Below are positions 37,332 through 49,193 of a stretch of 64,000 bases of DNA, piece by piece. A program made the position numbers and the translations under genes. Each line of letters begins with the position of its first letter. Position 1 is the first letter of the stretch. The notes beneath the pieces were generated by a model that had not been told where the DNA came from, searched no databases, and saw nothing but the letters and a program-made list of their open reading frames with translations. The stretch comes from Callorhinchus milii (lineage: Eukaryota), in contig NW_024704742.1 in the NCBI RefSeq assembly GCF_018977255.1, positions 29,080,001 to 29,144,000 of the forward strand, given 5' to 3'.

Positions 37332-37478
37332 AAACTGCAGAGACTGGAAATCTGGAACAAAAAGAAAAACAAACAGCTGGATATCCGCAACAGGTTAACC
37401 AGCATTTCAAAGAGAAAGATGGATTAACGTTCAGTTCTGCTGAAAGGCTATGCCTGAAATGTTAACCCATCCTCTTTC
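37332..37478. mobile_element. Degraded copy of the palindromic hammerhead-bearing (Penelope-like) element
   Basis: Homologous to the reverse complement of about 60270-60370; has GTT-CTGCTGA-A-AGGC-TAT-GCCT-GAAA-TGTT-AAC. Confidence 0.6.
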
Positions 37479-38024
37479 ACACATTAGTGTTTTGCAATTC
37501 TGCAGGACCTTTTGGGTAAAAGGTAAAAGAATATCTGAAAGTGCCTGATAAATGTAGCAGTCGCAAGAGGTTCAACCATGTTGGCCAAAGGCAGTGTTGA
37601 AGAGACGCTGATTGACCTGCCGTGGATATCTTGCACATTTGTCTTTGTTGCAGATATACTACAACGAGTTTCAGGATAAATCAAACAGAAACCCACAAGG
37701 AATTCTAGTTTAATTTGCTCTAGCTTGGCACAGCATAAACCAGCTGTTGGATCTCATCGGAACAAACAGTTAAAAGATATCTTTTTTGTTTTTGTTTGTG
37801 TTTTAATTTAAATATCAAAATGAAAAATATAACATTTGATATTAAGATTATCACCCATTATAATTAGCAACGTTAAATGTTGCATTCTTTTAACTATTAT
37901 CTCTCTTATTTGTCTACGCCCTTTTCATATATTATCAAACTCTTTGAACATTAAACAGTTAACTGAAGTTAAGAAAATATCCTATACTGTATTTATGTGA
38001 GTGTGAACTCCTACTCTAGCCTAA

Positions 38025-39175
38025 CAATAGTCCTTGCATTCGATATAGCATTTTAATTCATCAAGAAAACATCTCAAAGCACTTCACAGGATTTAATAAT
38101 AATAACAATTCTTGCATTTGATACAGTGCCTTATCACATCGTTGCGACATCTCAAAGTGCTTCACGGGGTGTACTGTAAAGTGTATTGACTGTGTATTTT
38201 ATGGGCAAAACGTGGCAGCCAGTTGCACACAGAAACGCCCCACAAACATCCATGGAATGAGGGATCAATTTTATTTAGGGGATTGTTGACCAGGACACTG
38301 GAAAAAACTGCCTTTTTTGTTGAATAGAACCATAGATCTTTAACATCCACTTAAACCAGAAGATGAGACCTTGGTTTAACGTCTCATCTGAAGGATAGTG
38401 AAGTATAAAGTACATTTACTGTAAAGTGTAATGACTGTGTAACAGTGAATACGACAGCCAATTTGCACATAATATTGTCCCACAAATACCCATGACGTTA
38501 ATGACCAATTTTATCTTGGGGATTGTTTGCCAGGACAACATGAGAAACTCCCTTCTCTTTTTGAATAATGCAGTTGAATGTTTAATGGTCATATGAACAG
38601 GACTTGGAAGGGCAGACTCCTGGAGGCAGGGATTCTTCCCACTCAGCTCCTGTTAATCCTGCAATAGATAGTGGGGGCCAAGCTGGACAAGCAGCGGGAA
38701 AGCTTGCCAGACAGTGCTATCAATGGCAAGTTATACCGTTTTAGCTGGTTAGACTCCAGGAGTAACCAAACTCTCACTCTGGTGTCTCCAAGCCTTAACT
38801 CTTGCCAACCTGTGCTTAATATTCTCCAGAATTAGATAAACAGGATACGTCTCTCCAGGGAGAGAGTGCACATTCCATTCCAATAAACATCTTTAGAATT
38901 TTGATATGTGGATGGGATAGAACTATCAGTTTGCTTTGGATAATCATAAGCATGATGATGGGTTTTCGCATGGTCAGACACCTGCCTGACCAAAAAAAAC
39001 TGAACAGGGAGACGAGATCTTGGTTAAACGTCTCATACAAAGGATGACAATGCAATGCAACACTCCTCCCAGTACTACACTGGAGTGTCAACTTAAGACT
39101 ATGAGTTTAAAGACCTTGAAACCACAACCAACCAATTCACTCCAAAATGAGAGTGCCACAACTAAGTCAGCCTGA
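38025..39175 (-). mobile_element. Cluster of same-orientation Deu-domain SINEs; the last is split by an insertion at 38602-39000
   Basis: Tails at about 38025 and 38095, bodies at 38095-38400 and 38400-38600 plus 39001-39175. Confidence 0.75.
38602..39000 (+). mobile_element. Unclassified structured retroposon, 5'-truncated, with TSD
   Basis: TGAACAGG at 38594-38601 and 39001-39008; A8 tail at 38992-38999. Confidence 0.8.
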
Positions 39176-40713
39176 TAATTCTTAATCTTAATTAATTTTG
39201 ATTAATAATCTTAATTCATATTTGAAACATTTTCGGTGTCCTTCTTTGCTGATTCGAATGCGGGTTCATTATAACATGATCTCTGAGGTAACCTATGCTT
39301 CTTTTGGCTCTCTCAGCAATGACGAAAGTGTGTTACGCAGCCTTCCTAGGATGCGCAGTTTAAAACTCTGATACAGCATGACCTCTGAATTAACATGGGT
39401 TACAGATGGCCCTCATCAGAAGAGATCTACAGCTGAGCTGAATGAAGTTAGATTTTACCTGCAGGTTTTAAGTCTTCCTCAGGGCAATATGAAAGATCCA
39501 GAACAATATAGTAATCAATTTCAGATTTCATAGGTAGACTGACTCTTCTCACCAGAAGTCCCAAACTATTTGGATTCAGCCATCCAAAGTCAAAGGCACT
39601 GAAGTGTAACTTCATAGAAAACATGTATGAAACACCTCCTACGAGCATGTTCTCCTTCTAACATTCTCCTTAAATACCCACACTTCCTTTGAAAATATAC
39701 AGCAATATAAAAGGAATCCAGTGCATATCACGTGAATCAAATCAGCATAAAATTCAGTTCCTGATCACACTATCTGCAAAACCCACTGGCCTACTGATGT
39801 TTCATTTTGATCTCAGTGTCCAAAGTCTTTAAAGGGCATTTTTACATTTGTTTATTAACTTATGGAATGGCTGGCTCAGTCAAATTATACCTCAATGAAG
39901 TCTGTTTCATGTTTTCACCACAGCATTTTTACTTCATGACAGAGGGATCTCAGGCCTTCAAAAAGCGTCAGGAGAGTTCAAAAGCAAGCTCACAAGGGCT
40001 TATTATTCTCAGCACATGGAACAAGGAGGCAGAAGATTGTGAAAGGATCACCAGAGGGGGGTACGATATGCCAGGATTTTTGATATAGCAGGCGGCCACA
40101 CCACAAGGGAAGGGCAAAACTTCAAAGGTTAAAGTGCCAGTGGGTTTTTGTAAGATAAAAAAGTGATGAGTTAATACTGTCAAGATCAACCGAACAAAAC
40201 TACAGACAGACCAGTTTAAAATGACTGCATTAACTGCAGGAACCCTGTCAGTGAAATACGGCAGGTATTGTCTGCCCAGGGGATGTGGTATTCTGAGCAA
40301 TCTGGTTCTACTTAAGCAACATAAAACTCTTCATTCACTGTTTAACAAAAAAAACTGCAGAATTCATCTGTGCCCAACATCCTTTTATTGTTCCATTGAA
40401 GGTTACTTTGCCAGGGTGCCAGGGGAAACAGACTGGCAGTAAAATCAGGTCAATTAGAGGGTAAATAATGTACAGCATGGATAATTTGCAGGGGAAAAAA
40501 ATGCAGCCACGTATTAATACTCTGTCACTGGTGTGCAGCTCATAAATGCTTCTGTAAAGAGGAAAAATTGCTTTGAGGTGAATGTGCTTTCTTTGTAGAC
40601 ATCGGTACGATTGTCCCACTATCAAATCATTGTCAGAAATGCTTATAGTACCCTGTTGGATCATTTACAACAGGGAGATAATCAGCTTCAATGTGCCATG
40701 CCCGTTTGCAATG

Positions 40714-42300
40714 TGAACAACAACAACAACAAAATTACATTTCAATAGCTCCTTTCACATTGGGTGGACGTCCCAAGGCGCTGGACAGTCAGAGTTTCAG
40801 ACCCGAACTGGGGGTCGGGATCGGGGAGGGTGGAGGCAGAGGAAGAAGCAGGGAAATCGAAAGCACAGTCAAAGAGGAGGGTCTTGAGATGGGTCTTGAA
40901 GGAGACAAGGGAGGGGGCAAGGTGGAGGGACTGCGGGATGGAGTTCCGGAGGGTAGGGCCAGAGAGGCAGAAGGCCCGCCCACCAATAATGTGACAAGCG
41001 AGGCGGGGGACGTGAAGCAAGCCGGAGACCGCTGAGCAGAGCAATTGAGCAGGATGGCAGGGATTCAGGAGGTCACAGAGGTAGGGGAGAGTAAGACCAT
41101 GGAGGGCTTTGAAGGTGAGGACCAGGATCTTGAACTGTATCCTCTGTGTGATGGGAAGTCAGTGGAGTTGGGCAAGGAAGAGGATGATAGGGTCACAGAA
41201 CCTGGTGCGAGAGAGGACATGGGCTGAAGATTTCTGGATGATCTTCAGTTTATGGAGGGAGGAGTTGGGGAGGCTGACAAGCAAGGAGTTTGCATAGTCG
41301 AGCCTCGATGTAATGAAAGTGTGATTTCAACGGCCTGCTGTGTGAGACAGTAGTGAGCCGGGCAATGTTGCAGAGGTGGGGGAAGGCAGAGCAGGTCATG
41401 GCACAGATGTGGGATAAAAGGGATAGTTGAGGGTCAACCAAGATGCCAAGGTTCCGGACTGGCCTAGTAGGGTGGAGTGTGCATCCATGGATGGTGATGC
41501 TGTCAGCGCCTGAGGTGTGGAGGCGCTCAGGAGATCCTCGGTCTTGTTGACGTTCAACTGAAGAAAATTAGTTCTCACCCAGGACTTGATGTCTGACAGA
41601 CATTCTGTCAGGACACCCTTTGGGTGGAGGTAGAGAGGAACAGTTGGGTGTCATCTGCATACATGTGGAAGTTGACCCTATGTCTGCGGATTATGTCACC
41701 ATCACTTCATCTCCCTTAACTCCTGAATCCCTCTCCCTACCGCCATCCAACACACCTCCATCTCCTACCTCGCCTGAAAAAAATCCTTCTTGGTCATCAA
41801 GAGGGAGCATATAGATATTGAAGAGGAGGGGACCAAGGAGAGAGCCCTGAGGAATGCTGTTCAGCAGCAAGCACCTGTGGTTTAAGGTAGCGGATGTGGC
41901 TGGTCTACCGTGGTGGCTTACGTGAATAGGAGACGGTTCGGGAAGACGGGAGCAAGGTAATCAAGAATGGAGGAGAGGGAGCTGTGGAGAAGAGTGACTG
42001 AGGAGGATTTTTTTCCAGGTGCGGTAGGAGATGGAGGTGGGTTGGGTGACGGTTAAGGGAGTTGAAGTGATGGTCCGAGATCGCTTTGTCGATGATGGTG
42101 AGGTCCGAAATGGTGAGGCCCTGAGTGGTCACCAGGTCGAGGAGGTGATCGCAGATGTGGATGGTGGAGTGAATGTGGAGGGAGAGGTTAAGGGAGAAGT
42201 CAGCAGAGGTAGAACAGGAGGGGATTAGGCCAAGGTTGAAGATGCCTAGGATGAGGAGGCGTTCGGAGCAGAGGGAAAGGGAAAATAGGAGGGTGGAATG
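40714..42300 (-). mobile_element. L2 LINE, rearranged: 3' end to RT, internal deletion, then endonuclease-region piece
   Basis: (GTT)n tail at 40714; [11 protein letters not shown] at about 41640-41675; GIPQG-like at about 41845; ORF 41905-42312 has LILGIFN, LLDLVTT and ISDHHF (APE endonuclease motifs). Confidence 0.9.
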
Positions 42301-42569
42301 TGAAATACGCAAGAAACTTTGCTTTGCTGGAGGTGTGTAGTTTCTGACAGAATGTTTAAAATCAAGATTTCAATCCGTTAAATGCCAATGAAGGTGGCAC
42401 CATGCAATTCTCTCTCTCTTTTCCCCCAACCCCACCCCACCCATCCCAATTCATTGCCAACGAGACGGGAATATTTAGACCTGCTGATAGCAGTTAGCAA
42501 GCTGTACATTTGCAGAGTGCTGACACTGCTCCAGGACATTTTTGACAAGTCACAGGCTTTACAATAAAA

Positions 42570-42880
42570 CAATCCTTATGTTTGATATAGTACCTTATTA
42601 CATTGATCTACTCAAAATACATCACAGAGTTTTCCGTAAAGAGTAATGACTGTAGCAGTCAATTTGCACACAGCAGTGCCCCACAAAAAGCTATGAACTG
42701 AATGACAATTTAGCTTGTCTGCGTTCACCTACAAAATACAGTCACTACATTTTACAGTAAATCCTGTGAAGCGCATTGAGACTTACTCCTTACATGAATG
42801 GTGCTGTATCAAGTGCAAGGATTATTTATTGTTATTTATTATTTATCTGAGGGATTACTGGCCAGGACACTGAGAGTAGC
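42570..42880. mobile_element. Degraded SINE fragments in opposite orientations
   Basis: - copy at about 42570-42715 and 42845-42880; + tail at about 42720-42840. Confidence 0.6.
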
Positions 42881-43156
42881 TTTCTTGGGGATTACTGGGG
42901 AATCATAAATAGGTGACTGAGGGACTAGAAATGTTCCTGTTGACTTACAGACTAATAGATCTTGAGTGTTAAAAAAGTCAAGTTCGTTGCTTGTTGTTGT
43001 GTAAGGGAGGGTGGTCCAATAGGTCACTACGTGGGTCCCTGACAAGTTATTACAGGATGTAGGTTGGTGGGGAGGGGGCTGGGGAGTTTCTTGACATGGT
43101 ACTGCAGGTATTCTGGAAATAAAAGGGCAATTAAAAAAAATGTTTTTATACAGAGG

Positions 43157-43360
43157 ATAATAATAATAATCCTAGCATTTGATATAGCGCCTTACCACGT
43201 AGTTGAGACATGTCACTGTATATATTGTAAAGTGAATTGACTGTATGTTTTGCGGGTGAAATGGCTGCCAATTGCGCATAGTGGTGTCCCACAAACAGTT
43301 GTGGATTGAGTGACCAAATTATTATAATTATAATTTTCTGGAGGTATTATTACCCCTGGA
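43157..43360 (-). mobile_element. SINE, 5'-truncated
   Basis: Family tail and Deu-like body. Confidence 0.8.
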
Positions 43361-43439
43361 TGTTTGGAATGTAAAATTCGCTGCCACAAACCATAGTTTA
43401 GGGAAGTGGCAGGACTGGGGTTGATCATGCCCTGATGCG

Positions 43440-43597
43440 TATATTATACAATATACAATATACAATATATAATACATAATACATAATATATAATAATAAT
43501 GCATAATACATAATACATAATACATAATATATAATATATAATATATAATATATAATATATAATATATAATATATAATATATAATGTATATATTATTA
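43440..43597. repeat. AT-rich compound microsatellite (TACAATA/CATAATA)n then (TATAA)n
   Basis: Read directly from the sequence. Confidence 0.9.
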
Positions 43598-43717
43598 AAC
43601 ATGTTAGTTTATCATCGGGTGTTATTGGATCACATTAAAAACATTCCTGTTGACTTACAGACTAATAGATCTTGAGTGTTAAAAAAAGTCAAGTTCGTTG
43701 CTTATTGTTGTGTAAGT

Positions 43718-43927
43718 CAGGGTGGTCCAACCATCCCGGATGCCCTATTTGATACACGCACGCAGGCTGGATAACCAATATTTTTGTGTTTCCCTTCCAG
43801 AAACAGAGCATAATATTTCCGGGGTTATGGAGGGAACGGGTGGGTCACATGAAATGGAGTGGGGGCGCGGATAAAATTGGTCTGCAGCCGGATGCAACCC
43901 GCGGGTCACCAGATGGACAAACCACTT
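43718..43927. mobile_element. hAT/Charlie-like MITE, degraded
   Basis: Starts CAGGGTGGTCCAACC and ends GATGGACAAACCACT; GC-rich subterminal CCCGCGGG; no clear 8-bp TSD. Confidence 0.5.
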
Positions 43928-45623
43928 CCCTTAGGTCATTTGGTCAGATAGGAGGTTGGACACAACTTCTGAATACTTACATTGAACCCTAAAGTGCTGC
44001 AATCCGTATCAGCCTATAACATCTTTACATGTTGAATTTATAGTTGACCTTTGCCTGACACTTCCTCAAGTCAAAAGTACATCTCTGAAGGATTACTGTG
44101 GAGTGAGGCCGTTATCCCACCAGTCGAGCCCTGTGTAATCATAAACCTCCTGCATCCCAGGCCTGCAGCTGTCCACTACCTAATGTCCAGTTCTCACTCA
44201 TCTCTTTGGTCATCACTAAAATGAGGTTTAAAATCCCACAGGGTGCACTCCTGTTGAAAGGGAAAGCCTGATCGGTCATTTTCACAGTATATGTGATTGA
44301 TTGCTGCTTCGCTGTCAGACTAGTGATAAAGTGATAGCTGAAATCAAACAGGCATGGAATATAAATAAGTGAAGGTAGATACTGCTTATGGAAATGGTTT
44401 AGTGTATTTAACAGAAGATGATGGCATGAGTGAGCTGGTCTATTATTGTTTGTGTGCGTGGCGGGGTGGAGGAAGGGGTCAGAGATTCTTGCGAAACCCA
44501 GGTAAACTAAGTACAGGCTAATTAGTCTCAAAGCAAGTCAAATAAACACTTGCATTGAGGCCTAAATTGTGACAGTCCATATCAGCCTAACACACTGTTA
44601 TATGTTGCAATGGGGATTACGAGGGTACAGCTCATGTATTTCTATGTTTATAATGGGATTTAAAAATATTGATTTTGTATTTAGAAAAAGTTGAGTTTAT
44701 GTAAAATTATTTGATGGCCTATTTTGCAGTTGTTGGTAAACGGACAGCAAAATGTCATCAATTGTGTTCAAGCACATTATCACTTCAGTTGCTCCTGACA
44801 TCATCTCAACAGTAAATGATGCCGGCTTTGTCTCCTTGAACAAGAAAAGGCTGGTGGGGGGGAGAAGGAAGGGAGGAAGAACTTATTTTATGCACTGAAT
44901 TTTTACACCAACTTTCCACCATGCAGTCCGGAGATGATATTGAGGTGACATATTTGCTGGAACACTTTGGTGACATCCATTTATAATGGGATTTTCCATT
45001 ATCTGCGCAAATTGTCAGAGTACACTAAAAGAGCATCATCCCACGATGCTACGTCAGGTATTTATTCGTGGTATTGATTCTAGTTTGCAGATTCTGACAG
45101 GTTTAACATGGCAGCAAATCTTTCACACTGATGGACTAAAAGCATCAACTTCACCAATTATCAGCGACTGATCCAATTATCTTCAGTACTGCTGCTAAGG
45201 TATGTGGAGTACTCACTGGAATAATAAGTCATGCTCAGCTCAAACCATAATCTATATCCATAGACTAGATGTCAATACCATTCAAGTCATATTTATTTTA
45301 ATATCTGTCAGAATGTGCCACTTACAATGAGCGTGCGGGCCATTCTGATGCATATGAAGGCATCATGCACTAACACTAGGGACTTTCACTCACATCAGCA
45401 TGCACTACAATATATACAGCAAGCTTAACCTTGCACTTCAATGTATTTGTGCATAACTGTGGATACAGACGTTGGACTTGGAACAAAGTACAAGACAACA
45501 TCTACTGCATCAAACACAGCATCCAGTATAGTGATATACTTGGCTTTGCAATGAATAATGAACACCACTGTGATATCCATAAAAAGCATCTATTGCAAGA
45601 AGAAGCAAGCTGAGATCCCACTA

Positions 45624-45749
45624 ATGGGCTGAAATTCTACAGAGAGTTACATGTGGTGGCATTGACCATATTTGATGCTAATGGAATCAAAATGTAATCA
45701 CACATCGCCAAAGGCGCTAAGTGTAATGCGGAATGGAATTTCAGTCCAT
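45624..45749. mobile_element. Small palindromic MITE, possibly Harbinger-like
   Basis: TIR ATGGGCTGAAATTC / GAATTTCAGTCCAT (13 of 14 match). Confidence 0.55.
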
Positions 45750-47189
45750 GAATCTTTACTCTCAGCCTCATTTAAAGCCCTTCCACTTTTGGTGTGAAAC
45801 AAAACCTTGAGACCAAGTTGTAGACGTCCCTTCTGTGTATTACTTGGCGAATGTGACACGAGACAACTTTCAGAATTTCTGAAAAGCCCCAGTGTGGTCT
45901 TTCACCTCTTGAATGGGAATGGCCTGGACTGAGAACTCCATCACTGTTAGGTAAGTGCTGGAATAAAATTCAGCAATAGAACAATTACAGAGATACGGTA
46001 CAGAGCTTACTACAAAACTGTGTGCCACTGACCTGGTAAAACGACAAATGTGTCACTGCTAGCGATGGTTATCTCGGAGGGAGGGAGAGAGGGATGGGAA
46101 ATAGCATGAAACTTGCTATGTTTCTGTATTATTTTTAGGCCACATTTACACTTTGCACAGCACACAGGAAAGTGATTAAATCTACACAAAAACATTTGGG
46201 TACAAGAACTATCAGGTGCTGAGAGCCTTGCGGCAAGGCTGCAACTAGAGAGAAACGAGAAGGAACCGGAGAGAGAGAAAAAAAATCTTTAAAATTAAAG
46301 TCAGTACATTTCTGGAAAGGCAAGACTCCTGCAGGGATTGGTTAACCTTGACTTTGTTTGTGTAAAGCCTTATGGTTTCCAATGGGACCTCATAACAACA
46401 GTCAGGTTCGCCCTTTTTTTGTCTTCCCTAATCAAAAATAGATCCCAGTGTAACAATTAAACTTTGTATTTAATTGCCAATTTGTACAATAAGCCAGTTA
46501 CAGTGGATGCGGATTTATCCTGTTGCCTCGTAACAATAGGAGGAAAGGAGGGCAAGGCTGAAAACATCTGGAACAAGAGCAGATGCTGCACAATGCCTGC
46601 AGGTTAGTGCTAGTGGTCTATGCCCTGTGGTAGCAATAGGAAAATCGCAAGTTTCCTATAACTTAATGCATCTGCAGCAACCCTGCGCCAGTAACCGATG
46701 ATGATTAACCCTCTCACAGGAAGGGAGGAGCTGGGGAAATAATCCTCTAATAGAGTGGTAGGATGACGGAAAAAGAGATGGTCATCAAGCCGATTGTGGT
46801 GCTAGCTCTTCTACTGGAGCTATGTATTCTAACTCAATTCCCTGCTCTTTCCCCTTATGCTTCGATACAGTTCTGCAAACGTTTGTACAATTCTGGTTTT
46901 AACTTTGTAATGTCATTACATCCTCGGCTCCAAACAGCTTCTTTGCGGCAAAGCATTCCATGTTCTAAATGTCTGCTGACCTTCCACGCTGCTTCAATCC
47001 TCATCTTAGGCCCCATTATTCTTTACTGAAAAGAATTACCATCATTGGTAAAGTTAGCTACCTGGGTAGTTGAGCCTTCCTGAATCACTGCTGGCTGGTA
47101 CATTTACCACACACCAGAGAATAAGATAAGATCACCTGCCAAAGTTAGTCTCCTTACTGACAATGAGAGAATCATCCTTTGATCCCTGC

Positions 47190-47345
47190 ACTTAGGAACA
47201 GGAGTAGCCCATTCAGACCTTCGAGCCTGTTCCATCATTCAATTAGATTATGGTTGATTTGTACCTCAACTAATCCTGTCAATTCCAATTTCATGCTTTT
47301 TCCCCATATCCACCTTGATACTCTGGCCTACTAAAAATCTATCAA
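47190..47345 (-). mobile_element. CR1 3' end remnant
   Basis: TAGGAACAGGAGTAGCCCATTCAG..CGAGCCTGTTCC, same family as 25401-25560. Confidence 0.7.
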
Positions 47346-48614
47346 CTTACTATAAGAGACTTACCAATGTCTCACTTTGTTCCTTCCCCGCATCTGAGCT
47401 TTATCCTGCAAAACTCTAACCAGCACTTTTATAATGTGCACTTTTATAGCTCCTTTCAGTAGAATAACACATCAAAGCACTTTACACGTGGCAGTGCAGA
47501 CCACCGAAGATGGGAAGGGCAGTTATGGGCTTTTAAACTGAAAGCAGAATTAGAGGGATAAGATATTAGGATGGTTTTGAAGACAAATTATAATTTGCAT
47601 AGAGGAAAGAAAGTGAGGCTGAGAGGCCCCCAAGAAGCACTCAGATACAACCTTCTTTCAGAGCACTTAGAGATCAGCATGAGCTAATTCACAGGATCTC
47701 ACTTCCTCTTTAAAAAGCATGTGCTATCAGAACCACCATAAATCTGACAGCTGTGCAGTGGGGCTGTCATCACACTGCTTTAACTTTTCATAGCACTCAG
47801 CTGTTTGTTGACAGACTTCACAGCACAGCTTTATCTGCCAATTTCTGGCTAACACTCCTGAGAAACCAAGGTAAGATATTAGGAAATACTACTCCAGCCA
47901 CTGACCCGGGCATCTGACAGGAGCAGGTGACGCAGAGAGATTCACATGAAAAAGGCTAACAAAGTCATGTTAAGAACAGTTGCTCCTATTTACAGAAATT
48001 AACTGCACTGACGTCTTCCCGACATGAAAGGCACTATACAAATGTAATCTTGTTGTTGTTGTTGCACTGACTGCAGATGGACTGACAGACTCGCATGCCT
48101 TTGACACAAAGGACTAGGTGCTGGTTCTGTTCGCAAACAACTATTTTTTAGGCAGAAACAAAAAAAAGCAACATGTTTTCTTTGGTTGAACTAACTTTTC
48201 CATTTTCCCTAAGGCTACTTTGCCTGGGCAATATTGGGTCCGATTTAACCCAGTTCCCTCCAGATTCTGACCCTCTGCCGAGCTAATGTACCTTGACATC
48301 TTTTGAGAGTAAATAGTTCATAGGGCAGGAGTTAAGGTAACATTTCATGCTGGATGCCAGAGATTAAAGAGCAAAGGTCATCCATCAGCATCCTTTAAAA
48401 ATCAAATGATTTGAATTGAAAGAACTCCATCATCCTCCAGTTTATCTACATCTTTCATTTCAGTTAACTCATGTAAACAGTGAGAACAGGCAATCAGTAG
48501 AATTTGCTTGAAGTGGTGTCTGATACAAACAGTGGAGTCTAACTTTGCAGGAATTCTGAAAGATTCACAAATGCAGAACCTGGTTGGTCTGAGGAATCCA
48601 CTGATTTCCGACTT

Positions 48615-48835
48615 CACAAGATCCCACAAGGTCACAGGATTGGTTTTGGGTGAAGAAGAAGGCCCTTCAGCCCATCTGATTCCAGAACATCCACCCTCCC
48701 ATCGCAGCATCAAGCTTCTTTTTAAATGAGTCCAGTGTTTTGACTTCAACCACCCTTCCTGTCAATCTGTTCCAGTCATTAAATACCCTCTCAGCAAAGA
48801 AATACATCTCGGTTTCAGTTCTGAAATTGCCCCTT
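48615..48835 (-). mobile_element. CR1 3' remnant
   Basis: Same family as 7210-7360 and 20085-20420. Confidence 0.65.
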
Positions 48836-49080
48836 TAATAATAATCCTTGCATTTGATATAGCGCTTTTCACGTCTTCTGGACATCTCAAAGCGCTTCAC
48901 AGAATATACTGTAAAGTGAATTGACTGTATATTTGTGGGCTAACGCGTCAGCCAATTGCGCACAGCAGTATCCCACAAACAGTCGTGGATTGAAGTGACC
49001 AATTTATTATTGCCGGGAATCGAACCCAAGTCTCTCGCTTGCGAGGCGAGTGCTCTAACCACTGATCTACAGGACTCCAC
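48836..49080 (-). mobile_element. tRNA-Ala-headed SINE lacking the CORE block, well preserved
   Basis: Minus head GTGGAGTCCTGTAGATCAGTGGTTAGAGCACTCGCCTCGCAAGCGAGAGACTTGGGTTCGATTCCCGGC joined directly to the Deu-like 3' body; CpGs retained. Confidence 0.9.
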
Positions 49081-49092
49081 TTTTCAAACTTA

Positions 49093-49193
49093 CTTACAGT
49101 ATATCCTGTGAAGCGCTTTGAGATGTCTCAAAGACATGATAAGGCGCTATAGCAAATGCAAGGATTATAATTATAATTATTATTATTATTATT
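49093..49193 (+). mobile_element. SINE tail fragment
   Basis: Family tail plus long (ATT)n; inverted relative to 48836-48915. Confidence 0.8.

Larger units (their letters stand above)
42934..43730 (+). repeat. ~86-bp direct duplication (42934-43019 and 43644-43730)
   Basis: TTCCTGTTGACTTACAGACTAATAGATCTTGAGTGTTAAAAAA..GGGTGGTCCAA occurs twice with few differences. Confidence 0.9.

Noticed and set aside
43440..43597. CRISPR-like or coding tandem array
   Set aside because: Simple AT microsatellite with no spacers, in a eukaryotic context.
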